DNA of 64,000 nt from Callorhinchus milii. Taxonomy: Eukaryota. The DNA lies in contig NW_024704743.1 of NCBI RefSeq assembly GCF_018977255.1, forward strand, positions 50,532,001-50,596,000, in the 5' to 3' direction. The position numbers and the translations under genes were made by a program. Numbering within the stretch: position 1 is the first letter of the stretch; each line of letters opens with the position of its first letter. This document shows positions 1-11,042 of this stretch, in pieces. Under the pieces are notes generated by a model that saw nothing but the letters and a program-made list of their open reading frames with translations, ran no database searches and was not told where the DNA came from.

Positions 1-2064
1 GAAACCTTTTGGTGATGGAAACAGTCTGACTCACAGGAAGATGTAAACTGCATGTGTGGCAGGTGTACATATTTAAAGTGCTAGAGTGAAAAGGGATGTT
101 CCTTTGATCTTTGACAAGCAGAACAATGATGTGATGAACAAGCTGCAACTCTGAGCAATTCACAGTGATACATTATACTCATCTCAATATGGTTAAGGTC
201 CAACTGTAATTTGTTACAGTATCAAATATGAGGTGTAATATTAGTTCTCTACAATAATTGTGAGGGAGAGCAATACGTACCATTGGGCACATACAGATGT
301 GTGCCAATCGTGTCAGATAGCTGGGTCTAAGGAATCCTTCAACAAGAAGCTGTGCATTCTGAATGCAAACAGATGCAGAACAACAATGGAAAGTGCAAGG
401 AAGCTGTGGGAATTAAGTAAGGCAATCGAGACAGCACCATGTTTTCAAAACAGGATGCCTGAAACTGGGTTCAAAGCATATGAGATTTGAAAGACTTACT
501 AGTTTTGATTTAGAGGAACGTGAGATGAATTGTGAAACCACATATGAAGAACCCAAGATCAGTGAAAAAATTAAATCTCTTTTTCATAGAAAAAATAAAT
601 ATGTCAAAGTGAAGTGAACGAATGTCAGGAGTGGACGATTCATAAACATTTCCCAAAGTGTTTGTTAAAAGAAAAAAAAGTTTTGATGTAGAAGCATAAA
701 CTACCATAACCGTGTTTGTATAAATATATGTACTGAACTGAAAAGAAAAAAAGTTCAGTATGAAAAGTTCAGTATGAATTGTTTTTTGTGGGGATGTAGA
801 ATAAATGTTATCTCAATCTAACTATCTGGTGTATTTCGCAACAAAATGCAATTATAAACTGCATTCAGGTTGTGCTTATCAACTTCAAGATACTCAGCCT
901 CATCTATAAACTTCTTCACGTGCTAACATTTCCCTATCTCTCTAATTTGCTTGGCGCCTCTGCAAGGCTAGATTGAGTTTGCTAGTTTCCCCTGCCCCTT
1001 CCATGCCACCATTGGTAGACAAGCTTTCAGATTCCATGCCCTAACCTCTGGAAATCCCTCCCTCTACCCCTCTGTCCTGCCACGTCTCTGTGAAAATGGG
1101 CTATTTTGATGTAAATTGGATTGTATCTGTCTTTAAGTCCTGCCTTAAAACTTATCTATTTGACGGCTCCAATTTCATCTGTAATGTGAATCATGCATTT
1201 TCAGTTAATACAAATTGCATTCAGAGCAAGGGTATTGCGGTTCTCTGATCCTGACAATTTGGATCTTGGCGTATCCCTTAATAAATGGGAAACTCATCAG
1301 CAGCTTATTCTTAGATTCATAGAATGATTATAGAATATTGCTACTGAGACAACAGGTCATTTGACCCACCATGTCTGTTCGAGTGTTTCTCTCCACATAA
1401 GCCATATAATGCAATCTCACTCCTATGCTCCCTATCCTTTTATATTCCTCTTTTCCAAGCTTCTATCTTATTCCCATTTAAGAGGATCTGTAGATTTCAA
1501 GAACTGTTTTTGACAGAGGTTCACATCTAGCCACCCTCTGTGTAAAGTTTCCTAACCTCCCCTTGAAATCCTTCTATAAAAACTTAAAACAATGAAAATG
1601 TACGATACAGTCGGAGGAACTTTTTTGGTGTTGATAGTTACTCCTCCAAGAAGTCACCTAATCCCAATTCCCTGCTCTTTCTCTGTACCATCTAATACGC
1701 TTTCTCTATATGTGATTATTCAATTATTTTTAAATGCTCCGATCAACTCTTCTCTAACAGCCACCCTGCTGTAAATTCAGCCAGTTTTCCGCAAAGAAAA
1801 TTGCTTTGATATAGCCCTCTTCACACAGGATACTGTCTTAAAGCACTGCACAGAGGTGGGGTTGGATACCAATCAAGGAAGAAGAGGGAGGGGAAGATGA
1901 CCATAGGCGCAGTTAAAGCAAATTTAAAATATTTCCACAATTCTGTGTAAACGTAAATCTTAAGATAAAATTGTCTTATAGTTTAAGACTGGGTGAAATG
2001 TCAGGTCTTTGGAATATTGAAAGCCAGGAAGTTTCTTGAGCACTATTTTTCTGGTACACCATGT

Positions 2065-2510
2065 ATCAGGCTGGCTCAATTGATACAACTCTTGCCTCTG
2101 AGTCAAAGGTTCAAACTCCATGTTGGCGCTTTGAGTTCATGCTCTACAGTGGTAACACATCTCTGCGGTGCTGGGCGGGGGCGGGCAGCACTTTTGCAGG
2201 TGCTGTCCTTTGGATGAGCTGTTAAAGCGAGGTACCATCTGTGGACATTAAATATACTGTGACAGCATTTGAAAAGAGAAGGGTGTCCTGGTGTTCTTTT
2301 GGTGTCCTGTTAACAATCTCCCAGATAAAATTGATCACTCACTGTTAACTGCTTGTGTGATTTTGCTGTGAGCAAATTGGCTATTGTGTTTGCCTACAAA
2401 ATTCACAGTCACTATACTTTGCGGTAAAATATTGGGAAGTGCTGTGAAATGTTTCAACGACATGATAAGCTGCATTATTCAATGCAAGGATTATTATTTT
2501 TATTATTACC
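2065..2510 (+). mobile_element. Older full-length DeuSINE (SacSINE1/AmnSINE1-like), diverged
   Basis: Contains the Deu-like blocks ggtgctgtcctttggatgag and ttgctgtgagcaaattggct plus the shared tail; family name from recall. Confidence 0.65.
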
Positions 2511-3043
2511 TTTCACCTCTGCCTTTGAGTCTCTTGACAGATACCGTTAAGGTATGGAGCATGAGCCACCCACTCACATATTGCTTCTCGTGTGGCCTCT
2601 CTGATTTGCCACCTACAATGAGTACATGTGAGCCTTTGAGACATCCCTCAGCTTCTTAACGGTAAACTTGAACTCTGCAAATTGGTGTTCTTTATACGCA
2701 AATAAATGACAGCACCATGTACCCTGAACTAATATACTTTAACCAAATGATAGGAAAATTAATTGTAGTGTTTGGCAACGAATATCTTAACCACTAAAGA
2801 GCAACAGTGATCTTGTGGAACATCTGGCTTCTCTTAAGTGCAGACATTTGCTGTTAATGCAATTTCTATTTCAAAAGCAACCAAAGTGCTGTGCACATGG
2901 GTACAGCAAATAACTAGAGACAACCTATTTGCTAAAATATCACAAAAGTACATTTGAGACCTTTCCAAATGCCAAATCCCACGCGCATAGTTAGTGACAG
3001 GACAGGATCTCAGATTTATAGACTGGAGTCTTGTAGCGTATTG

Positions 3044-3422
3044 TGGAGTCCTGTAGCTTAGTGGTTAGAGCACACGCCTCGCAAGCGAGTGGACCTGGGT
3101 TTGATTCCCTGGCAGGGCGAAACGTTAAGCAAGTTTCCTTACTCCACAACCCTCTGTTTACCTAGCAGTAAGTAGGAACCCGGTTATTAGTTGATTGGCG
3201 GATCGCTTTTCCCAGGGGAAATAATCCCTTAAAAGAATAATTAAAATAAAATAATAATTTGGTTACTCAATCCACGACTGTTTGTGGGATGCTGCTGTGT
3301 GCAATTAGCTGCTGTGTTTCGGCCACTAAATATACAGTCAATTCACTTTACAGTATATTACATGAAGTGCTTTGAGACATCTCACAGTCATGATAAGGCA
3401 CTATATCAAATGCAAGGATTAT
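3044..3422 (+). mobile_element. tRNA-headed Deu-type SINE, long variant
   Basis: GGAGTCCTGTAGC head with Pol III A/B-box-like motifs, an extra ~70-nt internal block, Deu-like core and L2-like tail. Confidence 0.88.
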
Positions 3423-3731
3423 AATAATAATCCTTGCATTTGCTATAGCGCTTTTCACGTCTTCTCAATGTCTCAAAGTGCTTCACAGAATATGCTGTAA
3501 AGTGAATTGACCGTATATTTGTGGGCGAAATGCGGCAGCCAATTGCACACAGCAGTGTCCCACAAACAGTGGTGGATTGAAAGTGACCAATTTATTATCG
3601 TTTTGTTTTGGAGGGATTATTATTAGGCGTGTGGAGTAAGGAAACTTGCCCAAGATTTCGCCCTGCCTGGAATTGAACCCAGGTGTCTTGCTTGCAAGGC
3701 GAGTGCTCTAATCACTGAGCTACAGGACACC
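3423..3731 (-). mobile_element. tRNA-headed Deu-type SINE, short variant, inserted in the tail of the previous copy
   Basis: Full length; flanked by the duplication AAGGATTAT (3414-3422 and 3732-3740). Confidence 0.9.
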
Positions 3732-6331
3732 AAGGATTATTATTATACTCAAAATTTTCAGATTAGCTGCATGTTAAGAAACTTATTGCATCAATCTGAG
3801 ATCATTATGGAATAACAGCACAGCATTGAATGCATTGTACTGGGTGTGATTTTTCAGTGGGTAATATAAAACCAGCTCAAGTATCACCAGTGAGTGTACC
3901 AGTGAGTGCCAGTTAATAAGACTGACAAGACTGGAAGATGAATATTGCAAGTGTTCATTTTAATGACTCATCAATTACCACCAATTTGGTCTGAATAAAG
4001 TCAGGTTGCTGCAGATTAACTGTTCAATATTTTCCATCGAACTCACTTGGAAAATATAACTGGTTTTTTGAAGCATTTCTTGAACCTTATAAGCACTTTG
4101 TGGAGAAGTGACGTAACTGGAACAATAGTGGTGGAAGCATTATTTGATCATGGGCAATAGCTTTGAAGAGGATGAGCGGAGGCTTTCAAAACCAAAATCA
4201 TCTCAAAGGTTTGATTGTTTTCTTTGCTTTTGCTGAATCAGAATTTGTAAGAAATGAATTATTTAGCAAAAGAAAAAAAACACAACATATTCAACATATT
4301 TAACTCCTCTGTCTGATGTCAGCCCATAAATCAAATTCCATCTGGAAACAATAACAATGTCTGAAGCAGAATAAACCATCTGAGCCAGACGAGTTGCTGA
4401 GGCAATGTGTTTGTCTGCTTACTGAACATCCAATTTGTGCACACAGTTCTTGTAGCCCTGTCAGGCTCTACCATTGTGTGAGCATCAAGATGTGATGTTT
4501 GTGCAAAACATTTTGCTGACTGTTAACAGAGAAACCATTATTTTAGATCCATGCAAGCATTCACAGCTCAAATACACCCTTCACAGAATAGATGTGTGAC
4601 ATTTTATAATAAGGGCCCCTAACTAAATCTGTTGGTACATCTTTAAACACTACACCAGGGATCTATAGTAATCATATACTTCTCAATAGTTTTTCCAACA
4701 TTATTCCGGAAAACAAAATTAATTTACGTGTCTGGGGCTTTCAAGACCCAAATTGGATCTGGTTCCCATCCAGTCTATTGCACAACAGAATAGAGCCAAT
4801 ACCACAGCAGTAAATATGCAGTTAAGTGGATAAAAAATTAAATTCCTATCTAAACTCATTGTAAAGTACATCTTTAATTAATCACATCCCTACAGATCGC
4901 ATTGCATAACACCTATTACTCAATCTACAAAACCACAGTACGATAAAATCAAAAGTATTTAGGCACTAGTGTAGAATAACATTCATTGGATTTAATTGTG
5001 TGTGCTTAATCCTTTTCATTCCACTCACAGGATAACACAAAACAGTAACAGATAATCATTTTAGTAACAATTTAGACAGTTCTTAAAATATCTGGGCAGG
5101 TTTCCACTCTTAACCTGGAGTGCAGCCTGCACTTATTTGGAGTTGATCTTCAATTATTGCTGAGTTAATGCATGGATGTGGGTTTCTGGGAATTAATATG
5201 CAGGTGAAATTAACATTCAAGTAATGTTGCATCCAGCCCTTTTGGTTTAACTCAGATGCTGGACAGGCTGGTACAATGTGCTGACCTGATGCTTGGTCAG
5301 GAAGTCTTTCATAAGCCCCAGCCTGTTGGACTATGCTTTCTTCTTGACAGACTGGCTACAGAAAAGCTCATGTGGTTTGCCATTCATTACTAATTCCACC
5401 GATGGAGTGAAGATCCACACCAGACATACAGGAATCATATGAGATGCTTCTCAGAGCAAGTTCTTTCTTGATCCCATCCTCAGATGAGACATTAAACTGA
5501 GGTAATTCTGTCTGTTCAGCTGATTTTAAAGATCCCATGGTATTATTCAAATAGTGAAGGGAGTTTCGGCTGACCAACAATTCTCCAAATAAAATTGATC
5601 ATTTGCTTTCATGGCTGTTTTGTGGGATATTACTGTGTGCAAACTGCATCAGATTTACTTCAGTAAACTGAAGGCATTTATGGTTTAAACAATCTTCCAT
5701 CAGCCTTAAAAATATGAACGAGGTTGCACAGGAAAGAACTCTTACCAATATTTCCCTGTGAATTCTTACATGAATAAGAAAGTGACACACAGCTTGTTCA
5801 CATCATAAATGACTGGATGCTTTGCTACAATAGGTTTTATTAACATTGTTTGCTTAACGACTTATCATAGATCATTTGCAAGACTCAGGGTGACCAGTGG
5901 ACTGGTTGAAATCACAAACATTTCTGAAGCTTAATATGGTGCAGTCAATAGCAGTGTTAGGCCGGCTTTCTCCTTCTGAGCTCTGAACAGCTAAGCTCCA
6001 CTCCAAATTAACTTATTTTAACAGTGCTTCCAGCATCTGCTGTCGGCACTCAAAACAAAGCAAAACAGCTGAATTGCAGGCACCTCACAGGCTGTATGTC
6101 AACACAACGGTTCACCACACAATGCAAGGAATCATTTCATCTATTCCTATTCATTTATGGCAGTCTTTTATGTGTCTGAATTAAACTGTGTTAAGTCACA
6201 GCTATTTGGCACAGGATAACTTGTTTTGCTTTCAGAAATACCTGGCAGTGGATTGGCAGTACCAACTCTCGTGGACGGGCCATTGCCAGTCTGAATAAGA
6301 TCTAGCCTGTTTAGAAATGTTTTCAAAATAA

Positions 6332-6480
6332 AGTAAGCAGGATGGTCCCTCCAGGTAGAGAGTGTGCATTCTGCTCCAGACACAGGGATATTTCCATGTG
6401 CAGGTGGGATTCTGTCTGTTTTGGATAATCTTAAGCATGGTGAAAAGGGCTCTGCAAGTGCCAGACACCTGGCTGATCCC
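6332..6480 (+). repeat. Unclassified dispersed repeat (copies at 6332-6480, 15004-15153 and 62287-62330)
   Basis: Shared blocks gtaagcaggatg..ccct.cagg, tttcca.gtg.aggtg, ttggata.tcttaagcatggtga and cagacacc..gctga. Confidence 0.6.
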
Positions 6481-7295
6481 AAAAAATGAAGTAGAACTAT
6501 TGCACTTCTGGTCACTTCGCAGGATAAGTTACAAGAACAGCTTTTGTTGTAACTGTTACATTTTGTTCTCTGCACTTCCAGCCTCAGATCTTCCCCAACC
6601 CACCCTCGAGACCGGTTAATTAGCCACTGAATCAAAGCCAACATCCTGCGTCTGCAGGGAAAAATGTCGAGACTTCCACAATTCAATTCACGTGTGATCT
6701 TTAACAGTTGTCAGTAAGAACTTCCATTCCCCTCCCTGTGCAGGTCTCTGGAGATAGATAGTGCAAGCAGCTGAACCTCTGGTTAGCAGTTGCCAAGGTG
6801 CGAATGCAAATACATACTTTGAGGCAAACCAATATTGAAGCAACATCAAAAAGTACATTAAAATGAGCAGTCACTGGGTATTTCTGATTTGCTAGTCGTA
6901 AATTCCTGAATGTTAACAGCCGCCAATTGTACAGGTCTCAGTAAATAATAATAATCCTTGTATTCGGTATGGGACATTTGGGAGGACGTTCTAAAATATT
7001 TCATGGGATTTTTACTGCGAAGTGGAGTGACTGTGCATTTTTGGGCAATCCAGCATGGCAATAGTCATGTGAGTCTGCAAGGTAAGGATGAAACATACTA
7101 GGAGATCTCTTTGGGGTAACATTTGAGGGAAGAATTTCTCAGGTAAGTTGCAGTGGTCGCATTAACCGATTGAGATAGAGGCTTTTGATCAGCACAGTTC
7201 GATTGCTTGAATGGGGAAGAACAACACATCAGGTCACCTGTAGGGTAATACCAACCTGTTTCTCTGGCGGATTAAACCCAGTTCCTGTTACCGAT

Positions 7296-8105
7296 CAACA
7301 ACAACAACAAGATTGCATTTATAGAGCGCTATTCACGTCGGGAGGACGTCCCAAGGCGCTGGACAGTTGGGTCGGGACCCGAGCAGGGGGAAATGGTCAG
7401 GGTGAGGGGAGGAGAGGGAGCGATGAGGGGGTAGAGAGTCGAGAGGGGAGGTGAAGGCACGGTTGAAGAGAAAGGTCTTGAGACCGGCCTTGAAGGAGAA
7501 AAGGGAGGAGGCGGCGAAGGCACTGGGGGATGGAGTTCCAGAGCCTCGGGGCTGAGAGCCCGGCCAACGATGGTAGGGCGGTTAGGGTGGGAGATGTGGA
7601 GCAGACCGGAGCCAGAGGAACGGAGGGTACGGGCAGGTAAGTAGGGGGATAGGAGGTCGGAGAGGTAGGAGGTAGCAAGGCCGTGAATGGCCTTGTAGGT
7701 GAGGATGAGGATCTTGAATTCGATCCTCTGGGGGATGGGGAGCCAATGGAGGCGAGCGAGGGTGGGAGTGATGTGGTCCCAAAGCCTGGTGCGGGACAGT
7801 ACATGAGCTGCAGGGTTCTGAATGACCTGCAGCTTGTGGAGGGAGGTGCCGGGAAGGCCGACGAGGAGAGAGTTCCCGTAGCCCAGCCTTGAGGTGATAA
7901 AAGGCGTGGATCAGAGTTTCAGCAGCGTGAGGGGTGAGGTAGTGCCGTAGTCTGGCGATGTTCCGGAGGTGATGGAAGGCGGTGCCAGTTGTGGTGCGGA
8001 TGTGGGGAAGAAAGGACAGCTCAGGGTCGAACAGAACCCCAAGGTTCCTGATTGGCTTTGAGAGGTGGAGAGTGCAGCCTTGGATGCTGATGCTGTCAGT
8101 GGGTG
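7296..8105 (-). mobile_element. L2-clade LINE, 5'-truncated (family 1)
   Basis: ORF2 C-terminal peptide [17 protein letters not shown]...[27 protein letters not shown]; 3' stem-loop and (GTT)n tail. Confidence 0.92.
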
Positions 8106-8869
8106 ATACAATCCTAAACTGAGTGAATTCTACTTCACAAACGATAGGAAGAACTGACATCGAAACGAAGGATCAAAAAGTCACGTCACTGTGAGCTCTT
8201 AGCACCCACACGAGTGTGGTTAAGCCTGTGGTGACCGATTCAGAAGATGTCTTCCGGCGCGGCTGCTGTGACCATATCATCTGAGGCTGACCTGACAGCT
8301 GATGGCCAGGGCAGCTAGTGAGATGCTCGTGTGGACACACTTCTCTCCCCCTCCCCCACCTCCCTTTGATGGGCCGAATCGTTATATGTCTGACAGGACA
8401 AAACCAAATCAAAACTACTATTGGAGAAGTCCTTTGCTTTCAACAAAAAGATGATGTTGAAATCACCTTTGTGACCCTAGCCAGGTGAAGGGTGCTTTAT
8501 AAATGCAAGTTGTTGTTTTTGTTGAATTCCTGGCCTGATGGGAACCGTTGCGCTGGGAGAGGGTGCTCCCACCTCGTGGCCAATTAGTGCTTCATGTTAA
8601 CCATCCCAAGCTGCATTCAAGCATTGTCGTCATACATTAATGTCAGTGATAGTTATTGAGTGTCACAAACGTTAGCCCCAGTTGTGTTTTTTACAAATGT
8701 GGTAACATGAGTGTTAAATTATGTGTAAAGCCCTGCCAAGAGCTAGGGAACCAAAGAGGACTCCTTTCTGAGCAAGGTCTCTTATTAGTAATAATAATCC
8801 TTGCATTTGGTATAACACCTTATCACGTCTTGTCAAAATTATTCTCTTTTGCCAAAGAGATAATAATGG

Positions 8870-9057
8870 GTTACAGTCTGGAATGCATTGCCAGAAAGGG
8901 TGTTGGAAACAGATTCCATAACAACTTTCAAAAGGGAATTAGATACGTACTTGAAAAGGAAAAAATGCAGGGGTATGGGGAAAGAGTGGGAGAGTGGGAC
9001 AAGCCAACCCAGGCACAATAGGCCAAATGGCCTCTTTCTGTGCTGTAATATTCTATG
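8870..9057 (+). mobile_element. CR1-type 3' end fragment
   Basis: tggaatgcattgccagaaaggg...ggccaaatggcctctttctgtgctgtaatattctatgatt; similar remnants near 1330-1590, 9410-9500, 18550-18840 and 22380-22620. Confidence 0.65.
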
Positions 9058-9701
9058 ATTCAAAGGGAGGGTGAATATTACAGCCACCTGGGATTTCATT
9101 GGATGTGTTCTTCCTCGTCAAGGCTGGCATTCGCCATGCTGAGGATTGAAATATTTCCTTCTCATACAACATACATTGCAGATCACTATCTCTTACTCCG
9201 AAAAGCTGCCTTGGCCCCTCTTCCCCATCTTCAGACCATACCTGAAGATGTTCCTCTTCGACCACGCTGATGACCTCGTCTTTCTCCCTGGATTGGTGTC
9301 AAACTGCTCTGTTGTTAAGCGCTCTAATACACTCACTACCCCTTGTGAAGGGTACAGTATAAATGCAAGTCGTCGTTGTTGAAAAGTACACCAGCTGGGG
9401 ATAGGGCAAGATAGCGGGATTGAAAGTATAGTGTGTTCTGAGAGATGGTGCAGACTTGATGGGCAGAATGGCCTCTTGTGCTGTGAATTTCTATGATTCT
9501 AGGTTACTGCTTTACAATAGCTTTTCCTCTGCCTGCACAGTGTAGTCGTATGTTTCTGTCGGCAAAATTAATAAAATTTGCCAAATATCGTTCCTCTCAA
9601 GTAGCATCAATACTTTTTTTTAAAAAAGGAAACATTCTGAGATTATTGGGGCAGAAATGTAGGATAACCTACAAGGCTGAAACTGAAAATTCAGTTGAAC
9701 T

Positions 9702-9707
9702 TTTATT
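9702..9707 (-). promoter_or_regulatory. Candidate distal polyadenylation signal AATAAA
   Basis: tttatt on +, near where the repeat-free UTR-like sequence gives way to repeats. Confidence 0.45.
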
Positions 9708-10089
9708 ACAAAACTCCATAAAAACATAAATATTTTTCTCACAACTGGGTGAAAAACGTTTACAGTATGACTGCACAGAGCTGCATAAAGTCCAAAGTAG
9801 CCATTGTACTTTATCAATTCTGACCTTTTTTTTAAAGAAAACCTGTGCAGTGCTTTTCACAAAAGGCAAAAAGATTCAAAAAATGTTGAGGATAATTGCA
9901 AATAAATTAGACTTTTTAAACATTCTACTAATGGTTGCACTTGAAAGCACCGTTGTTAATTTGGTGATACCACAACGTTTGACAATAACAAAGTGAAATA
10001 TTATAATGAAAGGTACTTTTCTGAAAAAAAATCATTGACGCAGAATATTGTTCGGCGTCCTCATCTCTCTTGCAGTTACAGAGCAGAAC

Positions 10090-10095
10090 TTTATT
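10090..10095 (-). promoter_or_regulatory. Candidate proximal polyadenylation signal AATAAA
   Basis: tttatt on +, about 830 nt downstream of the stop. Confidence 0.4.
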
Positions 10096-10158
10096 TTCCC
10101 ATAAAGAAAGCTGCCAGTTCTAAAAAAAAACCTGTCGTTCGATAAATCTGCAGAGATC

Positions 10159-10171
10159 AATAAATAAATAA
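10159..10171 (-). promoter_or_regulatory. AU-rich element UUAUUUAUUUAUU
   Basis: Two overlapping UUAUUUAUU nonamers in the mRNA sense of the 3' UTR. Confidence 0.5.
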
Positions 10172-10926
10172 CCTTGAACCTCCCGCCAGTCACTGAAACA
10201 ATTCATTCTCTCTGCCTCAAAATATTCCATTTGGATCTGCTAATACAGGTTTGAATATGTGTTTCAAGAGCATACCTTTTAATTATTAACAGATACATGC
10301 TCTTTACTAGAATCATATAGCACCATTGGGTTATTTAAAGTATCTTGAAACCAGTGGGCAAAATGTATGCTACAATGGTATGTTAGCTACAGTAGTTCCA
10401 GTACAGCACAATGCGGTTTTCTTTAATTGTCAGCATTCAATCTGTATGAGGTAAAATAAATATGCTGGGACAATTCACTTCAACTTACTCTCCCTCACCC
10501 TGTTCATACAGTATTTTAAAATGCCTTCCTCCTGCTTTTTTGCCCCCCCCAAAGTCTTTGTACAGTTCATTCCACAGAGACTCACGCTGACATCAATCGT
10601 TCCTTTGAATGAGTTTCAGATGGAAACATTTTTTTTAGTCCTTCACTTAAGTACTTTGTGTTGTACAGTTTGATACTGTTCATTGTTGCCTGGGAATCCG
10701 ATGATCCCAGTCCAGGCAGTGCTGCAAAGTTATCTCTGATTTATCTCTGATCTGGTGGTTGTAAGAACAGTTCCCTTTTGCCGCTGCTTGTTGAGTGGAA
10801 TGCTACCAGGTTCCGTAGCTAAAGTCAGATATCTTTACTCTCATCAGTTAGCCGATGCAGCCCATAGTACAATGTGCAGTATTGTTATTTCAATGTTAAT
10901 GTAGTTGGGACATCGATGGAGGCAGT

Positions 10927-11042
10927 CTATATATTTGATTTGGAGCAGGACTTGCAGCACTGTTGCCCGTAGAACTTGTGGCTGCAGACACCGTGCTGAG
11001 GCACCAGGTAGCACCAATTGAAATAATCCTTGCAAAACACAT
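10927..11042 (-). CDS. ADAMTS16: ADAMTS16 last coding exon: PLAC domain, [38 protein letters not shown]
   Basis: Acceptor cactgaag|AT; TAG stop at 10929-10927. Confidence 0.93.

Larger units (their letters stand above)
9690..10926 (-). other. ADAMTS16: Probable ADAMTS16 3' UTR
   Basis: AU-rich stretch after the stop with no recognisable interspersed repeat; minus-strand AATAAA at 10095-10090 and 9707-9702; the true end is not determinable from sequence. Confidence 0.6.

Noticed and set aside
731..778. Short hairpin TACTGAACT/AGTTCAGTA plus a 14-nt tandem duplication
   Set aside because: Too short and AT-rich; compatible with slippage or chance.
6168..6686. 172-aa minus-strand ORF downstream of ADAMTS16
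   Set aside because: No ATG at the annotated start, no recognisable homology, and it overlaps a dispersed repeat.
7329..8160. Pro/Ser-rich ORFs here and at 27016-27654, 32207-33300 and 33357-34149
   Set aside because: These are alternate frames or frameshifted remnants of L2 ORF2.
8140..8400. Small CpG-containing patch next to the L2 5' end
   Set aside because: Too short for a CpG island, with no ORF, structure or repeat match that I can support.
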